A stretch of DNA of 44,758 nt, from contig LXTG01000068.1 in the NCBI GenBank assembly GCA_001643535.1, forward strand, positions 1 through 44,758, written 5' to 3'. The notes beneath the pieces are model-generated. The model did not search any database. It was not told the origin of the DNA and was given only the letters and a program-made list of their open reading frames with translations. The DNA comes from a candidate division NC10 bacterium SPGG6. Its GTDB lineage: Bacteria > Methylomirabilota > Methylomirabilia > Methylomirabilales > CSP1-5. Numbering within the stretch: the stretch's first letter is position 1; every line of letters begins with the position of its first letter. Position numbers and translations under genes: made by a program. Shown here piece by piece: positions 43,998 to 44,758 of this stretch.

Positions 43998-44539
43998 AGA
44001 TCTATACCAAGACAGGCGACAAAGGGGAAACCGGCCTCTTCGATGGGACCCGCGTCCCAAAACACGACCCCCGTGTCGAGGCGTACGGAGACGTGGACGA
44101 GCTGAACGCGCTCCTGGGTACCGTTCGGGCCTTCCTCAACGACCGTGAGATCGGGGAGGTCCTCGCGTCCGTTCAGCGAGATCTCTTTGCCGTCGGGGCC
44201 CAGTTGGCCGACCCCAAATTTGGGCAGAGGAGCCGAAAAGAAAAGGTCGAACTGAGCGAGGCTCAGGTAAAGGCCCTGGAAGAGGCCATCGACCGGTGCG
44301 AGACCGAACTCCCCCCCCTCAAGCATTTCATCCTGCCGGGTGGGAGCCATGCAGGGGCCCTTCTCCACCTGGGCCGCACCGTCTGTCGACGGGCCGAGCG
44401 GCGGATAGTCGCCCTGAAAGAGCAGGGAATATCGATCCCGGCTATCCTCCTTGTCTACATCAACCGCCTGTCAGACCTCCTCTTCATTCTGGCGAGGGTG
44501 GTCAATCACCGACAGGAGGTCGAGGAGGCGTACTGGTAA
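43994..44539 (+). CDS. PduO-type ATP:cob(I)alamin adenosyltransferase
   Basis: VKIYTKTGDKGETGLFDG..YGDVDELNALLG..ILPGGS. GTG 43994 overlaps the mutY stop. The ORF-track start at 43856 lies inside mutY. Confidence 0.85.
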   Translation: MKIYTKTGDKGETGLFDGTRVPKHDPRVEAYGDVDELNALLGTVRAFLNDREIGEVLASVQRDLFAVGAQLADPKFGQRSRKEKVELSEAQVKALEEAIDRCETELPPLKHFILPGGSHAGALLHLGRTVCRRAERRIVALKEQGISIPAILLVYINRLSDLLFILARVVNHRQEVEEAYW

Positions 44540-44541
44540 TC

Positions 44542-44758
44542 ATGCTGCGGGCGATCATCTTTGACTTCGACGGTGTCATCGTCGATACTGAGCGATTTCA
44601 CTTCCAGGCACTACAGCGCGTCCTCGAGGAGGAGCAGATCCGCCTCAGCTGGGAAGAGTACACCCAGACCTACTTGGCGATGGATGATAAGAATTGCTTT
44701 CGCACCGCGCTCGCTCGGCACGGGCGGTCACTCACGCCGGGGATGGTGGAGGAGCTCT
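44542..44758 (+). CDS. HAD-superfamily hydrolase (beta-phosphoglucomutase-like), partial; 3' end off the window
   Basis: MLRAIIFDFDGVIVDTE carries HAD motif I (DxDG). The frame is open to the end of the window. Confidence 0.75.
   Translation, partial: MLRAIIFDFDGVIVDTERFHFQALQRVLEEEQIRLSWEEYTQTYLAMDDKNCFRTALARHGRSLTPGMVEEL

Overview
GC-rich bacterial chromosomal segment that is densely coding. I found no rRNA, tRNA, CRISPR array, transposase, integrase or phage genes. The centre of the window (14.8-35.2 kb) is one co-directional minus-strand run of about 24 genes for metal-cofactor biology. In order these are hemB, hemL, a multi-[4Fe-4S] protein, a monoheme cytochrome c, a truncated complex-I set (nuoA-C-D-H-I only), a small unknown ORF, a siroheme/[4Fe-4S] sulfite reductase, a zinc-ribbon ORF, a 7Fe ferredoxin, apbC/mrp, an A-type carrier, sufBCDSU, a DUF59/SufT-like gene, a 3Fe-type ferredoxin and a second sufU paralogue. 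The flanks carry DNA-repair genes (family-5 UDG, NUDIX plus a short MutY), a PP2C phosphatase, rpsU, an RRM protein, HU, archease plus RtcB, a LOG-family protein, a PAS histidine kinase / NtrC-type regulator / sigma-54 promoter / CheY-like cassette, folC, and a PduO-type adenosyltransferase. Main observations: (1) A glutaredoxin-like ORF, missed by the ORF track, has an in-frame TGA at the active-site Cys position and is a candidate selenoprotein. (2) Many intergenic spacers are built entirely of tandem heptanucleotides kept in a single 7-nt register. They form long hairpins, and the repeat families recur at distant loci, resembling cyanobacterial STRR repeats. (3) The complex-I cluster lacks nuoB, nuoEFG and nuoJKLMN, and heptamer hairpins sit exactly at the junctions where those genes would be. 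(4) The 3' end of apbC is frameshifted at an 11-nt homopolymer. (5) An HtrA/PDZ protein has lost all three catalytic residues. (6) A ferredoxin ORF has no canonical start codon. All functional calls come from reading motifs by eye; no database search was run.
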